Origin: Amoebophrya sp. A120 | Taxonomy: Eukaryota; Protista; Dinoflagellata | Reading direction: 5' to 3' | DNA length: 64,000 nucleotides | Assembly (NCBI GenBank): GCA_905178155.1 | Contig: CAJINV010000001.1 | Location: 1,787,904-1,851,903, forward strand | Part shown: in pieces, positions 1 through 11,876 of the stretch | Layout of the letters: the number at the start of each line of letters is the position of its first letter | Position numbering within the stretch: position 1 is the stretch's first letter | The notes under the pieces: generated by a model | What the model was told of the DNA's origin: nothing | Databases searched by the model: none | What the model saw: the letters and a program-made list of their open reading frames with translations, nothing else | Made by a program: the position numbers and the translations under genes

Positions 1-3000
1 GCGTACTGTTGGGGATGTGGTCTTTTGTGCTTTTTCACATGGCACGAGATCTTTTTTTCGTTCATCTCCATGTTGTTGTTGGACCACTTCTCGCACTCGC
101 AGCCTGCGACTTGGCATAAACCGGTCTCCCGTGAGCGACATGTCGTTGATTTCTTCTTCAGGAACATCTACATCAACACCTTTTTGCCGTGCAGCGTTAG
201 CCGCAGATGAGGACGATGTCGCTTGTTCATCAGCTTCAACAAGAACTTCAACTTCCCGGGAACGATTTCTATCTCGTTCGCCCCCGCTCACGCTCTTACT
301 TTCCATTATATCGGTCTCGGCTGCACGGCCGCTGTTTTTTCCAGGGTTAGGTGCCTCTGCGGACGATTGGTCGCCCGCAAGAGCAGCCGCCGCGTGGTCC
401 AAATCTTCGGGCGGAAAGGGGAGTTGCGAGAAGAGAAAGGTGAGCAACTTCAAGAAGCTATTCGTGTACCAATTGTCCATTACATAGGCGTCCCCGAAAC
501 TTTCGCTGTGCAAAGCCAGGGTCAGGGCGGATGGCTGCTGGTTCATCCTGCTCTGGTCGTCCACACGAGCACCGTCCTCTTGGTCTTGGTTCAACATCAC
601 TTTCCCGCTTGTACAACCAGCCTGCACGACCTCTGCAGCACCCGCCACCACAGACGACGATTTTGTTTTTTCTCGCACATCAACATGATCTTCACACACA
701 TCCGCAAAATGGTCGTCGTGTTGCTGCAGAACCGGAAAGTTCTTCAGCAGCAGGATGCACGTTTCATCTCCGGCTCGCTGCGTTGGCTTTGCGTTTATTT
801 CCGGTGTAGAGCAACTAAGTGGATTTTTACACGGCCGCAGCAACGAACACGGCTTTGCGTCCGACGAGGCAGCGGGCGCGATTCCCAAAAACGCACCGGC
901 TTGCTGCGAGTTTGTCGACAGCAAGGGAATGGTCATTCTCGCACCCCCTTCTGGAACTACAGCAGATGTTCCCGCAACGAGTGCCGGGGAAGATGAAGCC
1001 ACAAACGTTTTTTCGCTCAAATCCAAAACTGCAGCGTTGAGGTCGCTTGTTTCAACATTCGTGAAGATCGGCGGAAAAGAACTACGGGCAGTACTGGAAC
1101 TTGCAGCGGTGGACGACATCAAATTCTGCTGTTCTTTCGCATCATTTATCGGCTCGAGACGCAAGGGAGCCGGATGCGGAGCGTCAGAAGCTGTATTCAA
1201 CTGCAAATTCGCGAAGGCCCGGAGAAGGAATGGCATGCCCGTCGGTGCTGTTCCGGTTCCGCCAGGAGCTGAATTGCTGTTCATGTTGGTCCGCGTGGCC
1301 GCAGCAGCGTCAAGTAGGCCAGTGTACATCGGCGCCAGGTGTAGCAAAATCTTGTAGGCCGCTGCTGGGGGTGCAGCTGTCCGTGATGTAGTTTTATTGT
1401 CGCGATTCACAGCAGAACAAGCCGGTGTTGTTTTAGAAGTATTTACGCATTCATCCAAATCTCGCGCGTACTCCGCCACCAGCATCAGGAAAGAACGCGC
1501 GATCCTTTCCAAATCTTCGGTGTCTTTCCCAAAACCGCAGATATCCGTCAAAAACTGCACGAAGCCAAAGTGGCCATGGTAGCACGCCAAGAAGAGTGCG
1601 TCGTGCCCGACGTACTCGTCCAAAGTTGGTGTTCTCAAGTCGCAGCCGGCTTCCAGCAGCGCCTTCAATCTCAAGATATCGCCGGTCTCGCAGGCTTTCC
1701 GGAGCTCCGCCTGCCGCTGCAGCTGGGTATTCCCCAAGTACAGCTTTTTCACCTCCCGCAGCGGCAGGGCGGTAAAGCGGGTGGAGGTCAGCGATTCGCA
1801 GGCCTGCTGCAGGAATTTCCCGTTCTGCTTGCGCCGCTGGCGCCCGGTCTGGCTGGCCTGCGCGATGCGCAGTTGCTCCAGGGTCGGGGGCAGTTTGGTT
1901 TCGAACTCGTCCTTGCTCTGTGCGAGGTAGGGCCTCGCCACGAATTCCTGGAAATTCCGCCGCAGAATGTCCGACGCCTGTTGCCGGGTGCACCAGGAGG
2001 CCTGCCGCCTCGCGAACAACTGGCACCCACTGTCCCACAGCTGCGCTAACCCGGTCGTGAGCGGGAGAAATGATCTTCGAGGTTCTGACAGAGAAGACGC
2101 TACTACAGGTTTTTGCTCTTGGTCTTGAGCTGCACTGGAGGTCGCTATAATGCTCTGATCCTTGGCGTTCCTGCAATTCACAATCTTTCGCTGGACATCG
2201 ACATTGGTCAGCCCTTTCTTTGCTGCTGCTCGTTCTTGCGCATCCACAGCTTCATCTCCTCCGGCGAGCGCCTTGGCCTGCCGTTCCGCCAGCGCCTGCT
2301 GCCCGAGGTACCACTTCACCCACTTTTCGCCCAGGCTCATGCCCTTCAAAAACTCCTGTTCGGATAAGGGCGGAATGATGTTGCGCACGGTCGAAGACGG
2401 TTGTAATTCTCCGGCTGATCCGCGCATACAACTCGTACCAATCGCCTGCTCTTGGGCAATCGCGACGTCGCGACGACACATCGGACATCGCAGACAGCCG
2501 GTCATCTTGTTTCCCGGCTCTAGAAGTGTGTCCCAGAACTCCAATTCGGAAAAACGCGCACGGCAGCTGGACCAGTATCCACTGCAAAAAGTTGTGTCGT
2601 GCATCATGTACGAAAAAATCGCAGTCATGCATGACCAGTCCGGTTTCCTATTCATGATGACATCAAGTTCGTCCATTTTAATTTTCTTCTTGATATCTTG
2701 CGATTTTTTACACTAGTACACTGCAGCTACAACTGTTGCCAAGTACATAACCGATACGGGCACACGATCATCGTCATGCCGGGCACCTTGGTCTGTCGGG
2801 CCTGCGCGCAGTGTGCGCGCCAGTTTTGCGCGAGCGCCGCCGCGTCGTCCGGGACTTGTTTCGCCCCTGTCAGCCGCAGCAGCTGGACCAGCGCCCAGAC
2901 CGCGAACGCCGCAGGAAGTTTGTCGATCTCAGTCTTCAGTTTCTGCATCTCCGCTTCCGCCACTTCTCTTGCTTCGCCCGGATGCAGATGCGCGCCGGCA

Positions 3001-3953
3001 GAGTTGAATTGATTTGCCCGGTCAAGTTCGTGGAAGCGACTCCCGGTGTGCGCGTTGCGCCACGAGGGCAGATCCAGCCGGGCCGGATGGAACAGAATCG
3101 GCTCCGCGCCGGCGCGCAGCAAGCTCGCCGCAACCGCGTCGCGCCGCTCGAACACGGCGACCGCAAGCAGCGTCTTCACGCAGACCGGCCAACGAGACAC
3201 CCGGCGACGCAGCTTGTTCAGACACATGTCAACTCGGAACGACTCCGAGTCTACTTGCTTGCCAGGATCAGCAGCTTGTTCGGCGGTATCTTGTTCCCCC
3301 TCCGTGATGTTGCAAGGACTTCTTGTTAAAGTGCCGGAGGTAGATCTTGTTCCCCCACCCGCAGCTACACCAGCATCAACCACGGGCGGGAGAATGTGGA
3401 CTAGAACCGTGGCTACCAGGTCTTGGTCCAGATTCAGTTTGCTCAACTTGACCAGTCCAAAAGCGCTGTTGTTGCCCCGAGCCATCTCGTGCAGCAAGGT
3501 GACCACCTCCCCCGGACCAATGCATCGTCGGGACCCGAGCCTTTCGGGCTCATGGTGCAGCCAATACTCTACCTGCTGCCGCTGCGCCCGACGCCGCGAC
3601 CAAGATGACTTGCTGCCGTTCTGCGAACCGCCGGCGGCATTATATGAGAGTGCACAACTGCTCGCCCCCCCTGTCCGTCAGTAGAGGGACATGAGCAGCG
3701 AGAAGACAAACAAGGGTGGAAATTATGGAGCGTCAGCATGACAAATCCTTGGGGACGAGGCTACAATCCTGTTAGTACTGGTGCAGCTTGTTGTCAACAT
3801 GATAAGAGGCAGAGGCAGTGCTACAAGGAAGGTAACCCTAGCACCCAGCTTTGCTTTATTACTGCGAATGAGGGGGCGGACAGGAGACGGAGAGTTGTGC
3901 ACCCTTCATACGACGCTCAGAAGCGGATTGCCGGGGAGGAAGGAGCTCGCCAT
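1..3953 (-). CDS. Multi-exon ankyrin-repeat protein with a Cys-rich (RING-like) motif; 3' end runs off the window
   Basis: Exons ~3953-3911 (MASSFLPG), ~3637-2750 and ~2570-1. The last exon is an apparently open minus frame (spot-checked) missing from the ORF track because it has no stop in the window. It contains the ankyrin-like RKACETGDILRLKALLEAGCD...DEYVGHDALFLACYHGHFGFVQFL and a CLRCPMC motif. Two inverted-repeat introns interrupt the gene. Confidence 0.65.
2576..2749. mobile_element. Introner (174 bp), TAT-N4-TGCAAAA-type TIR
   Basis: Left end TATCCACTGCAAAAAGTTGT; right end reverse-complemented TATGTACTTGGCAACAGTTGT; inner AAAAAATCGCA inverted pair. Flanks are ACCAG/ACCGA. Removing element+5 nt joins VCPYR to SSCRARF in frame. 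Confidence 0.65.
3643..3910. mobile_element. Introner-like TIR element (268 bp)
   Basis: Left TATGAGAGTGCACAACT...CCTGTCCG; right rc TATGAAGGGTGCACAACT...CCTGTCCG; internal GCATGACAAA at ~3736. The TSD is not recognisable (CATTA/CGACG), but removing element+5 nt keeps the frame (LSV-AAGG). Confidence 0.6.
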
Positions 3954-5010
3954 GGTGCTACTATTAACACTTCTCACGACGTCGTGATGGGCAGACAAAA
4001 TGCTTACGTTAAACCGAAGATGTATTCATCTCTTATATGATGTTTGTGCTGGCCTTTTTACCGTGATTATTTTCAGCCAGTACTAGTCGCTAGTAAGTAG
4101 CTGGTACCACATGCGAGTAATTGCGAGGGTACGAATAATACTACTTTTTTTATCGACCACCGGCGCAACTGCGCCCACATATCCGCCCTATCGTCGAAAA
4201 TTAGACTGACGCTTTACGTTAACCCATGTTCTTTAACCTGCATGAATATTTAAAGACAGGAAGAAATAAACTTGTACATAACAAAATGAGCACATCATGG
4301 GCGGGCCGAAATAATGCGCCACTTCCCGATATATGTAGGATGATGAGAAGCCACCTTGTCCAGCATACAACTTTTGTTCAACATACACAAAACATCCATG
4401 CGAAATACAATCACGAGGTAATCGCTCAGTATGGATGCTGAAGCGAGCACTTTCACTTCTGAAGATCCTCTTTCAATTTCTAGAATGACAAGAATATTTG
4501 GCTCGTGATCTTAATGAGCATGACTGAGCAAGACCATTTTCTCTCAACAGATTGACGATCCGGAAACAAAACAAAAAAATGATAATTAAAGAAATCCTTT
4601 GCAGATCCTGATGATGTGGAAAAGATGATCTTCTTCACTTCTTTTGTGTTGATATTGTGTATTTTTGAGCTACTCTTCTGGTTCAATATCTGCATCTGGT
4701 TGTCTGTGTTGCTGTTGTTCATTTCTGAGCTGCAGGAGCTGCAGATGATAAGGAACACAAGTGACGAATCATATGCAACACGCCTCCACCAACAACGACA
4801 GACGTCTGCGGATGTGGTCGTTGTAATGTAAGTACATTTTTTTCTCCTAGCTCGCATTCGCTTCTTGTTGTCCTGCTACATCAACCAGACCAAGAGAAAA
4901 CAAAGCACTGCACAAGGCATGATATTTCCGCATTGGAGAGGTCGAGAACAAGTAGAACAACATCCGTTGTATCAACTGTATCACATATGCCCGCCCCCAC
5001 AGCATGCAGC

Positions 5011-7315
5011 TTATAATTTTCTGCTGCTAGTACTCCCAGTTGCGACCACCCGTAGAAGTCCGTCTTCCAGGTCCCTTCTGTAGCTCGCCTCCAGTTTCGG
5101 TTTTTTACACCTGGGGAAGAAGGCGAATCCCGGCAGTTCCTCGACGTCGTCGTAGTTTTTTCGCTTGTGCTTCAGCTCCTTTTCCAACAAGTCGTCGGTG
5201 GTCAAATCCAGAAACTCGTTGACGTCCACCCCCTGCGCGATCTTCTTGAACATCGCGTGATTCTTGAAGAAGGGAATCAGGCGGCTCACCAGGGGGTGCT
5301 GGTGCTTGGCCAACACGTCCAACTCCCACAGCGACGTCTGCGCGAGCACGCTTCGTGCCTGCGCGAGTGTGTGGGTCAGCAGAAACGGGTCGGCTGTTAA
5401 TTGCTTGGTTTGAAGATGTGGAGCTCTAGCAGATTTTGACATCGATGCGTTATTGTCCTCTTCACCGCTTGTCGTAGTTGTGCCAACATTCATCATGTTG
5501 GATGATGCTGATGTGGAAGCAGCTCCTGTTGCCTTGCTGTGCTGGTCGACGAGACCGAGCGCAATATCAGAACTTGACGATAAGGCTCCTTGCTGAGTTC
5601 CTTGATCTTGTTGCACTTCCTGCTCGTTGGCACTATTCCTTATTCTCGTCGAAGTTCTTGCTATCTTTTCTTGATCTTGCGAAGGTCCTGCTGCAGTAGA
5701 CGATGATGTAGAAGGCGTCCTCGGGGTCGTTACCGGCTGCACAACTCCGCCTCCTGGTTCCACCACTTCCCGGTGGAGTAACTTCTTACAGGTGGCTTCG
5801 TTTTTCCGCACAATGTTGTACGCCAGGCCGACGCACCAACTGATGCTGGGGATGTCCACCAAGGGGTCCTGCACGCAGATCTTCAGCAGCTTCTTGGCGA
5901 AGCAGGCGGCGGACTGGCCGGGCAGGGAGCTGGACTGGATCAAGGACGCGGCGAGGATCCGCTGGAACCGCACGCGATACTCCACCGCGAACACTTCCGG
6001 CCGGAGTAATAAGTACAATCGGTCATAGTAATCCTCCTGGAATTCCAATTGCGTCTCGGTCACCAAATACAACAATCCGGACAGGGCGCAGATCTGCACC
6101 TCTAAACTGCCGCGGTCGAACTCTCGCAGGTAGAAGTCGGCCAGGATCAGGGGGGATTCTAAGTACTTGAAGATGTGGGTGAGGTGGAGTAAAAGTTTTT
6201 TCTTCAGTCGGTCCGTCCGGGCGGTGATTAACTGCTTTTTCTGTTTGCTGTTCAACGCTTTTTCTGTTTTCGCTTCCACTTGCGACACGTCCTGGATTTT
6301 TGCGCATTTCCTTTCCGGATGAAACGCTTTCAGAAGTTCCATCCAAGTTTTCGTGAATTGCTTTTTCAGTTTAAATATCCTATGTAAAAACGTACCCACC
6401 CCATAGTCAAGATGGGGAATCGGCTAGACAAATCCACAAGCTTTGGCTGTTTCGCATGACAAATTTGGACGCGTAGCGTAGTACTGTTTGAGCTAGTTCA
6501 ACAGCATTACAGATCTAGTCTCTCATGCTGATTGGAGCATGACAAATTTCAAAACACCATTAGAAAATGCTTCTCATGGGGCTCCGCATGAGAAACATTT
6601 GAAGCATGCCGATTTGCATGACAACTATGGTGTGGGTACGTTTTTACTCAGGATATTAAAATTCTTCTTCGAGAGCTCGGGAAAGAATAACGGCAAATCC
6701 TCCTCGCCCTCGACTGCGGTCTGCTCTAGCAAACCCTCCCCCATCAGCCAAACGCCAATCTTTCGAAGCAGCTCAAAATACAAAGCGTGGTCGAAGCTTG
6801 CCTGTGGTCGATTTGTATTGCAAATGTTATCGTAAAAAGCAGAGAGGATACGGCGATAGAGGTCACGTGGTCCACGTTGGCGTTCTTGCGTTAGTCATTG
6901 GTTCAAATACGAACAAAACAAGTCCGTCGCTTTTACGCAACACATAAAGCGCCTGCGCCAAGACCGAGAAAAAAATAACATCTTGTATAATGTACTATAC
7001 CTTGTTTTTAAACTCATTGCACAGGAAGCCCAGGAAGTAGTGCAGCAGATCTAAGTGCGCGAGCAAGTAGGTTTCCAGCACGGCGTCCTGTGCCTGCTCC
7101 GTCGTTTCTGCGGAGAACAAAGCTTGCAGAGCCGCCTCGAATTCGCTGACTGGAAATTCCTTGTCGTTCTTGATCTCGTTGTTCAAAAAGACGCCGAAAA
7201 TGAAGGTGAGTTTCTGCTCCAGCGTGCACCTCGCGTTCGTTGCAACCTCTTTTACGATGGTGAGACGCTCTTTGCGGGACTCCGCGGTCGCCAGGGCCTG
7301 TTTTGCCTCTTCCAT
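5011..7315 (-). CDS. NOC4: Nucleolar complex protein 4-like (CBF/Mak21 domain), 3 exons
   Basis: Motifs PLILADF, ALSGLLYLV...YYDRLYLLL, AACFAKKL and TSLWELDVLAKHQHPLVS are typical of Noc4/CBF. Exons 7315-7001, 6801-6656 and 6370-5011. One GT-AG intron (6802-7000) and one introner. Confidence 0.8.
6376..6655. mobile_element. Introner (280 bp) with ~32-bp TIR and TTAAA TSD
   Basis: Left TATCCTATGTAAAAACGTACCCACCCCATAGT vs right rc TATCCTGAGTAAAAACGTACCCACACCATAGT. TTAAA at 6371-6375 and 6656-6660. Removal gives KKNFKLKK in frame; the obvious GT/AG pair inside the TIRs gives a frameshift. Confidence 0.9.
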
Positions 7316-8068
7316 TTTGTTCAATGTCGCGTTCCGTGACGATCACTAGTCAATAAACGACAGATAGTACGTTGAAGAGGTTCCAAGTGAAAAATAAAGG
7401 CCTACTTAAAGGACTAGAATCAGCAGGTGAGTGAGCCCTTGTCAATATGGAGCAGGTACGACTGATGTAGTTTCTTGCATCTCTACTCACTCATGCAGTT
7501 ACAATTGGTGAATCGAATCGCATATCCACCTGTGAGACCTGATAATTAGAGAATTGGAGGCACATCAGCACGACATCAGATCGAATTCGTTTGTGATCAC
7601 GAACAGTAGTTTCAAGAACCCATGATCTTTTTGATCTTCAATGTTGCCAGATCTTCGTGTCGCTTTCTTTTCCAAGAACGGATCCGCAATGCACGATTCT
7701 GCTGTTCTTTTGATCTGGTGTTGGTTCTTCTTGTCGCTTTCATTTCTTGCGACAACACAACCAACGGGGGAGCTTCTTGACTTTTCATCTACTGCCACAG
7801 ACAGAATAACCAGTGATCCAAGTTTTTTTCAGATTCGGGAAAAGTAGCTGGGCATGTCGGTTTGACAGAGAACGTAGAGATGAATTCAGACTCCGACATG
7901 GAAGTAGAAAATAGTTCAGATCACGACGGCGCAGGCGCCACAGGCGGAATGACCACAGTCCGGCTACTTTACTTCGCAACTGCATTCGTTCACTATTAAT
8001 TTTCATCGAACCTCCGTGATAGCTGAAGAACAAGAAGATTGCTAATTAAAATGCTATGTTCACTACCA

Positions 8069-11028
8069 CTACGCCAGTGGCCTCGACACATCCACCTCCC
8101 TGGCCCTCGCTTCTTCGGGGAAGTCGCCGGAGCTGCGGCGAAACAGCAAAAACACCGGTCTGGGCTTCCCGTCCGAGGCACACACTGTATCGATTTTCGA
8201 CACATCCTTCTCCGCCAAAACATCATTCGCCAGCTGAATCGAATCGCCAACTTGCAGCCCCCGCCGTGCCGCCCAGCCATTGGGAACGATTTCCCGCACT
8301 TTTCCACCCTGAACCGTCATGTCGAGCGCCGCAACGTCGGCTTTCAGCTGTAGGTACCGACCTGCGTACTTCGCACGGACGAACAAAAAGCCGACTTTAC
8401 TGCTCTGTCTCACCCGATCGATTATCGCGGAAATCGGGTCTGCTTTGTTTGCCCCCGCAGAGACAACGGAGGTGATTCTGGAGTTACACACCGCCACCAG
8501 AAGGTCCCCCTCCACGACCTTCGCTTTTCCCGCCCGGCTGCTCGGGTCCGTGACTTTGGAGACTCGAACTTTGGGAAAGTCTTTGAAATTTTCGTCGAGT
8601 TTCATTCCGAACAACTTTTCCAGCTTCTCGTTGCTCGAAAGGCTGTTGTCGTTCAAAACCTCCGGATCCGGTGGGGTGCTTTGCTGCCACCCCGTCATAC
8701 CGTATTCGCTGATTTTGGACCAACTCACGCCCGCCAAGTAGCTGAGCAGGAAGGGAGGCGAGCTTGAGGAAGAGGTTGATTTGGTACTTGCCGCCATAGT
8801 ACTTGCGCCTCCTGTTGTTCCCGACTTATTATTACCAGAGGACGAATCTCGACCTCCAGCAGCGCTCGAACTTGTCGCGATCCCAGGTTTAGTGGAGCTG
8901 CTTCTAGATGTTGCACCAGCACCGCTGCCCGTTCTCGTGCTTTGCTCAACATTTCCGCTTGCTGGTTTCCGCGGAAAGGTCCCAGAGCTGTCCTTGTTTG
9001 TCAATCCCGGGATGAAGCGAAAGACATCCACTTCCCGTTGCAGTGCCTTTTCCCCAAAGTCCCCACTGCTTCTGCGGAACAACAAAAACGCCGGCCGCGG
9101 GCGCCCGTCCTTCTTGCACATTGCGTCAATTTTGTCCATGTCTTTTTCCGCCAGGGTGTCATTCGCGAGAATGACCGTGTCGCCCACTTGCAGCCCGCGT
9201 CGGTCCGCGTACCCGCCGGGCTTTACCTGTCTCACTTTCCCCTTCTCCACCGTCATCTCGAAATCCGGGGCGTCCGCGCGGAGCTGCAAGTACCGGAACT
9301 CGTATTTCTGTCGGAGCAGAACAAAGGAAACCGCGACGTCGCCCTTCTTGATGCGGCGGATGATCTGCTTTTCCCCGTAGTCCGCCGGCGCGGATGAAGA
9401 CGAGTTATCTCCCGCACCACCTTCGGGCGGCCACACCACGATGCTGGTTATCCTCGAATTGCACACGGCGAGGAGGAGATCCCCCTCGACCACCTGGGCT
9501 TTCATCGCGCGGGTGTCAGGTAGGACTTTTGTCACTCTCACCCGGGGAAAGTCCTTGAAGTTCAGTCGCAAGCCGAAAAGCTTCTCGATTTTCTCCGCAC
9601 TCGACAAATTGGCGTCGTTCAACACGTTAGCGTCGGCCGTCGATTGCTTCCACCCACGCAGCCCGTACTCCGCAATGTTCTTCGCCCCGGCGAGGTAACT
9701 GGCGAGGTACGGTGGAGGAGTCTTCTTACTGGAGGACGGAGACGAGGAGGACGCTGCGGCTGCCCCAGGTCTCGTTGCAGAGGAAGAGCTGCCAGGTCTA
9801 CTGCCGCTTCGCGCCTCTCTGCTCTGGCTCCGCGACTTGCTTTGGTCGCGCTGTCCTCTCGCAGCAGCGTCACTGCCGCTTCTCGCCCGTGATGTTGATG
9901 TTCCACTTTTATTCATCAGACGCCCACCCGGCCGCGGGTTCCAGATATCGTACCTGGTCGCCGGGTGATTCGGGTACCGCACCGCCGCGTCGCCCCCGTC
10001 TTTCGCTGTCAAGGATTCCGCCAGCGATTCCAGATCGTACTCCCGACCGACGACCGGCTGTCCATTCGCGTCCAACTCCAGATGCTCGTCTAAATGACCC
10101 TCCCGGAGCAACACCCCGTCGGACCGGTGGGCGTAGTAATGCCCGTAGTACCGGTCGTCCTGTTCATCCTGGTGAAGCTTTATTTCGTCCCGCCCAGCAG
10201 CTCCTCTTGCCCGCCCCTCCCCGGCGTAGGGGTCGTCGCGGCCGAGCTTTTGCGCCAGCAGCTCTTCGAACCCGCGGCGGTCTCGTTGGTCTTCATGGAC
10301 CGCATGGATGATCTCCGCCTCGCGGCATCCTAAGGAAAAACGTCCCCAACCCGAAGTCAAGTTGGGAATCTAGCAACACAAATCTCCAAGTTTTGGGAGC
10401 TGTACATGACAAGTTTCTGTCTGCCGCGTAGTGCAGGTTGGCAAGGGAAGCTGCCGCATGAGAGAGCCATTTTCAAATCCTGTTTACAGCATTACCAATT
10501 CCAAAACACGATTGGAAATTCTCTCATGGCGCTGCGCATTACGACTGTTCCTGCCATTGCGCATTTGCATGACCGCTCTGGGGTGGGGACGTTTTACTCA
10601 GGATACGCGCTCCAGCTTCTTCACCTTGGCCAGGTGGGACCCGATGGACAAGGCGTCCTGCTGAATGTGGTACTGCTGATCGTAGAAGCGGCGAAACGTG
10701 CGCAGATCACCGCGCACGTAAAGCAGCTGTTCAACTTTTTCGTCCTGCTGGGCGGTCCCGGAGAGCAGATCCTGCCGGATGGCGGCGAGCTGCCGCCGAC
10801 CCTCGCGCCGCGCCTCCGGGTCCTCCTCGTGCATCCGCTTGTAGGCCAGCTCGCGGGCCTTCGGATCGCCGCCGAGGACGGCGAGGCGGTACTCCACATC
10901 CATCGACATCGCCTCCAGACGCGTCTGGAAAGCGGCAATCTCATCTTGAAAAGCTTCGTCCATGAAGATCGTGGAGAAGTGCAGCTGGTTCGTCGAATTT
11001 GTGTCAATAAAAAGCAGTTCTCGTCGAC
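8069..11028 (-). CDS. Protein with a duplicated double-PDZ-like module; 5' exon unresolved
   Basis: Two similar ~200-aa modules (RVRVTKV..TRAMKAQVVEGDLLLAVC; VKPGGYADRRGLQVGDTVILAND), each with two PDZ-like repeats. Exon 11028-10606 joins ORF 8069-10360 across an introner. An acceptor-like TAACTATAACAG precedes 11028. Confidence 0.7.
10326..10605. mobile_element. Introner (280 bp), same family as 6376-6655
   Basis: Left CATCCTAAGGAAAAACGTCCCCAACCC; right rc TATCCTGAGTAAAACGTCCCCACCCC. Flanks CGCGG/CGCGC. Alignable along its length to 6376-6655. Removal gives LERE-AEII in frame and removes an in-frame TGA. Confidence 0.9.
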
Positions 11029-11658
11029 CTGTTATAGTTATATAGACTATAGACTAATACGAACTTGGCTCAAAGGCTGTAGAGGAAAGCTCTGAGACCC
11101 TTAAACAGCATTAGAAATTGCGGCTCAACCTGGAGCAAACCTGGGGCAAACCCCTAGGGCTTTTCAAAGTGGTCTCCTTTCCTATTTGCGAATACGCACG
11201 GCAGTCGGCCCAAATGATGGAGGTCGAGCCGTAGGGAACGATCAAAAACCACAAAAAGCGCGACACTTTGGAAGTGCTGAACCTGCATGCTATTACGACA
11301 AAAGCTGGGACCTTTCTGGGGCTCGGGCTCTAGGGCTTTTCAGATATTCGCGCCCTTTTTTTTCTAACATGCGTGCTACTGTGTAAATATTTGCGACAAA
11401 TTCTACGGCTTGAGCTGTAGGGGTTCGGCACGATGAACGACAAAGAAACCCCTAGGCGCTACAAAAATACCCCGAGCCCTAGACGCAGTGACGCCCCTGC
11501 CCCCTCGCTCAGAAGAGAACCGCTTGCCCCCTTCAATATGAAAGTGCTCCTCGCCCTCCGTGCGGTGCGCCCTGCTCCTGGTGGAACCTCTTGCCCCTGC
11601 GTGCTGGCGCCTGCCCCTTAGCCCTGGCAGTGTTTCTCACTTACCCTCTGCGTTAGGT

Positions 11659-11876
11659 CTTGCCTCTCGCGGTGCATCTTGTCCCTCGCAGTACATCTTG
11701 CCCCCCGCAGTACATCTTGCCCCTCGCAGTACATCTTGCCCCTCGCAATACATCTTGCCCCTTGCAGTACATCTCGCCCCTCGCAGTACATCTTGCCCCT
11801 CGCAGTACATCTCGCCCCTCGCAGTACATCTTGCCCCTCGCAGTACATCTCGCCCCTCGCAGTACATCTTGCCCCT
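11659..11876. repeat. 19-bp tandem repeat, ~11.5 copies (CTTGCCCCTCGCAGTACAT)
   Basis: Directly visible head-to-tail units. Degenerate relatives (CTTGC[C/T]CCTGGT.G[A/G]AC[C/T]T) extend from ~11570 to ~12030. Confidence 0.95.

Noticed and set aside
6377-10604. Reading the 280-bp twins as CCT...AGG elements with a 2-bp AT TSD
   Set aside because: This also keeps the frame, but TAT termini with 5-bp TSDs (TTAAA; CGCG[G/C]) fit both copies and the other elements. RNA data are needed to exclude it formally.
11403-11415. Minus-strand GCTCAAGCCGTAG resembling a permuted dinoflagellate spliced leader (also TTGGCTCAA at ~11065)
   Set aside because: Only short partial matches, lacking the CCATTTTG core and not placed before a start codon; compatible with chance.
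11659-11876. 19-bp array as a CRISPR array
   Set aside because: Units are head-to-tail with no unique spacers, there are no cas genes, and the context is eukaryotic.
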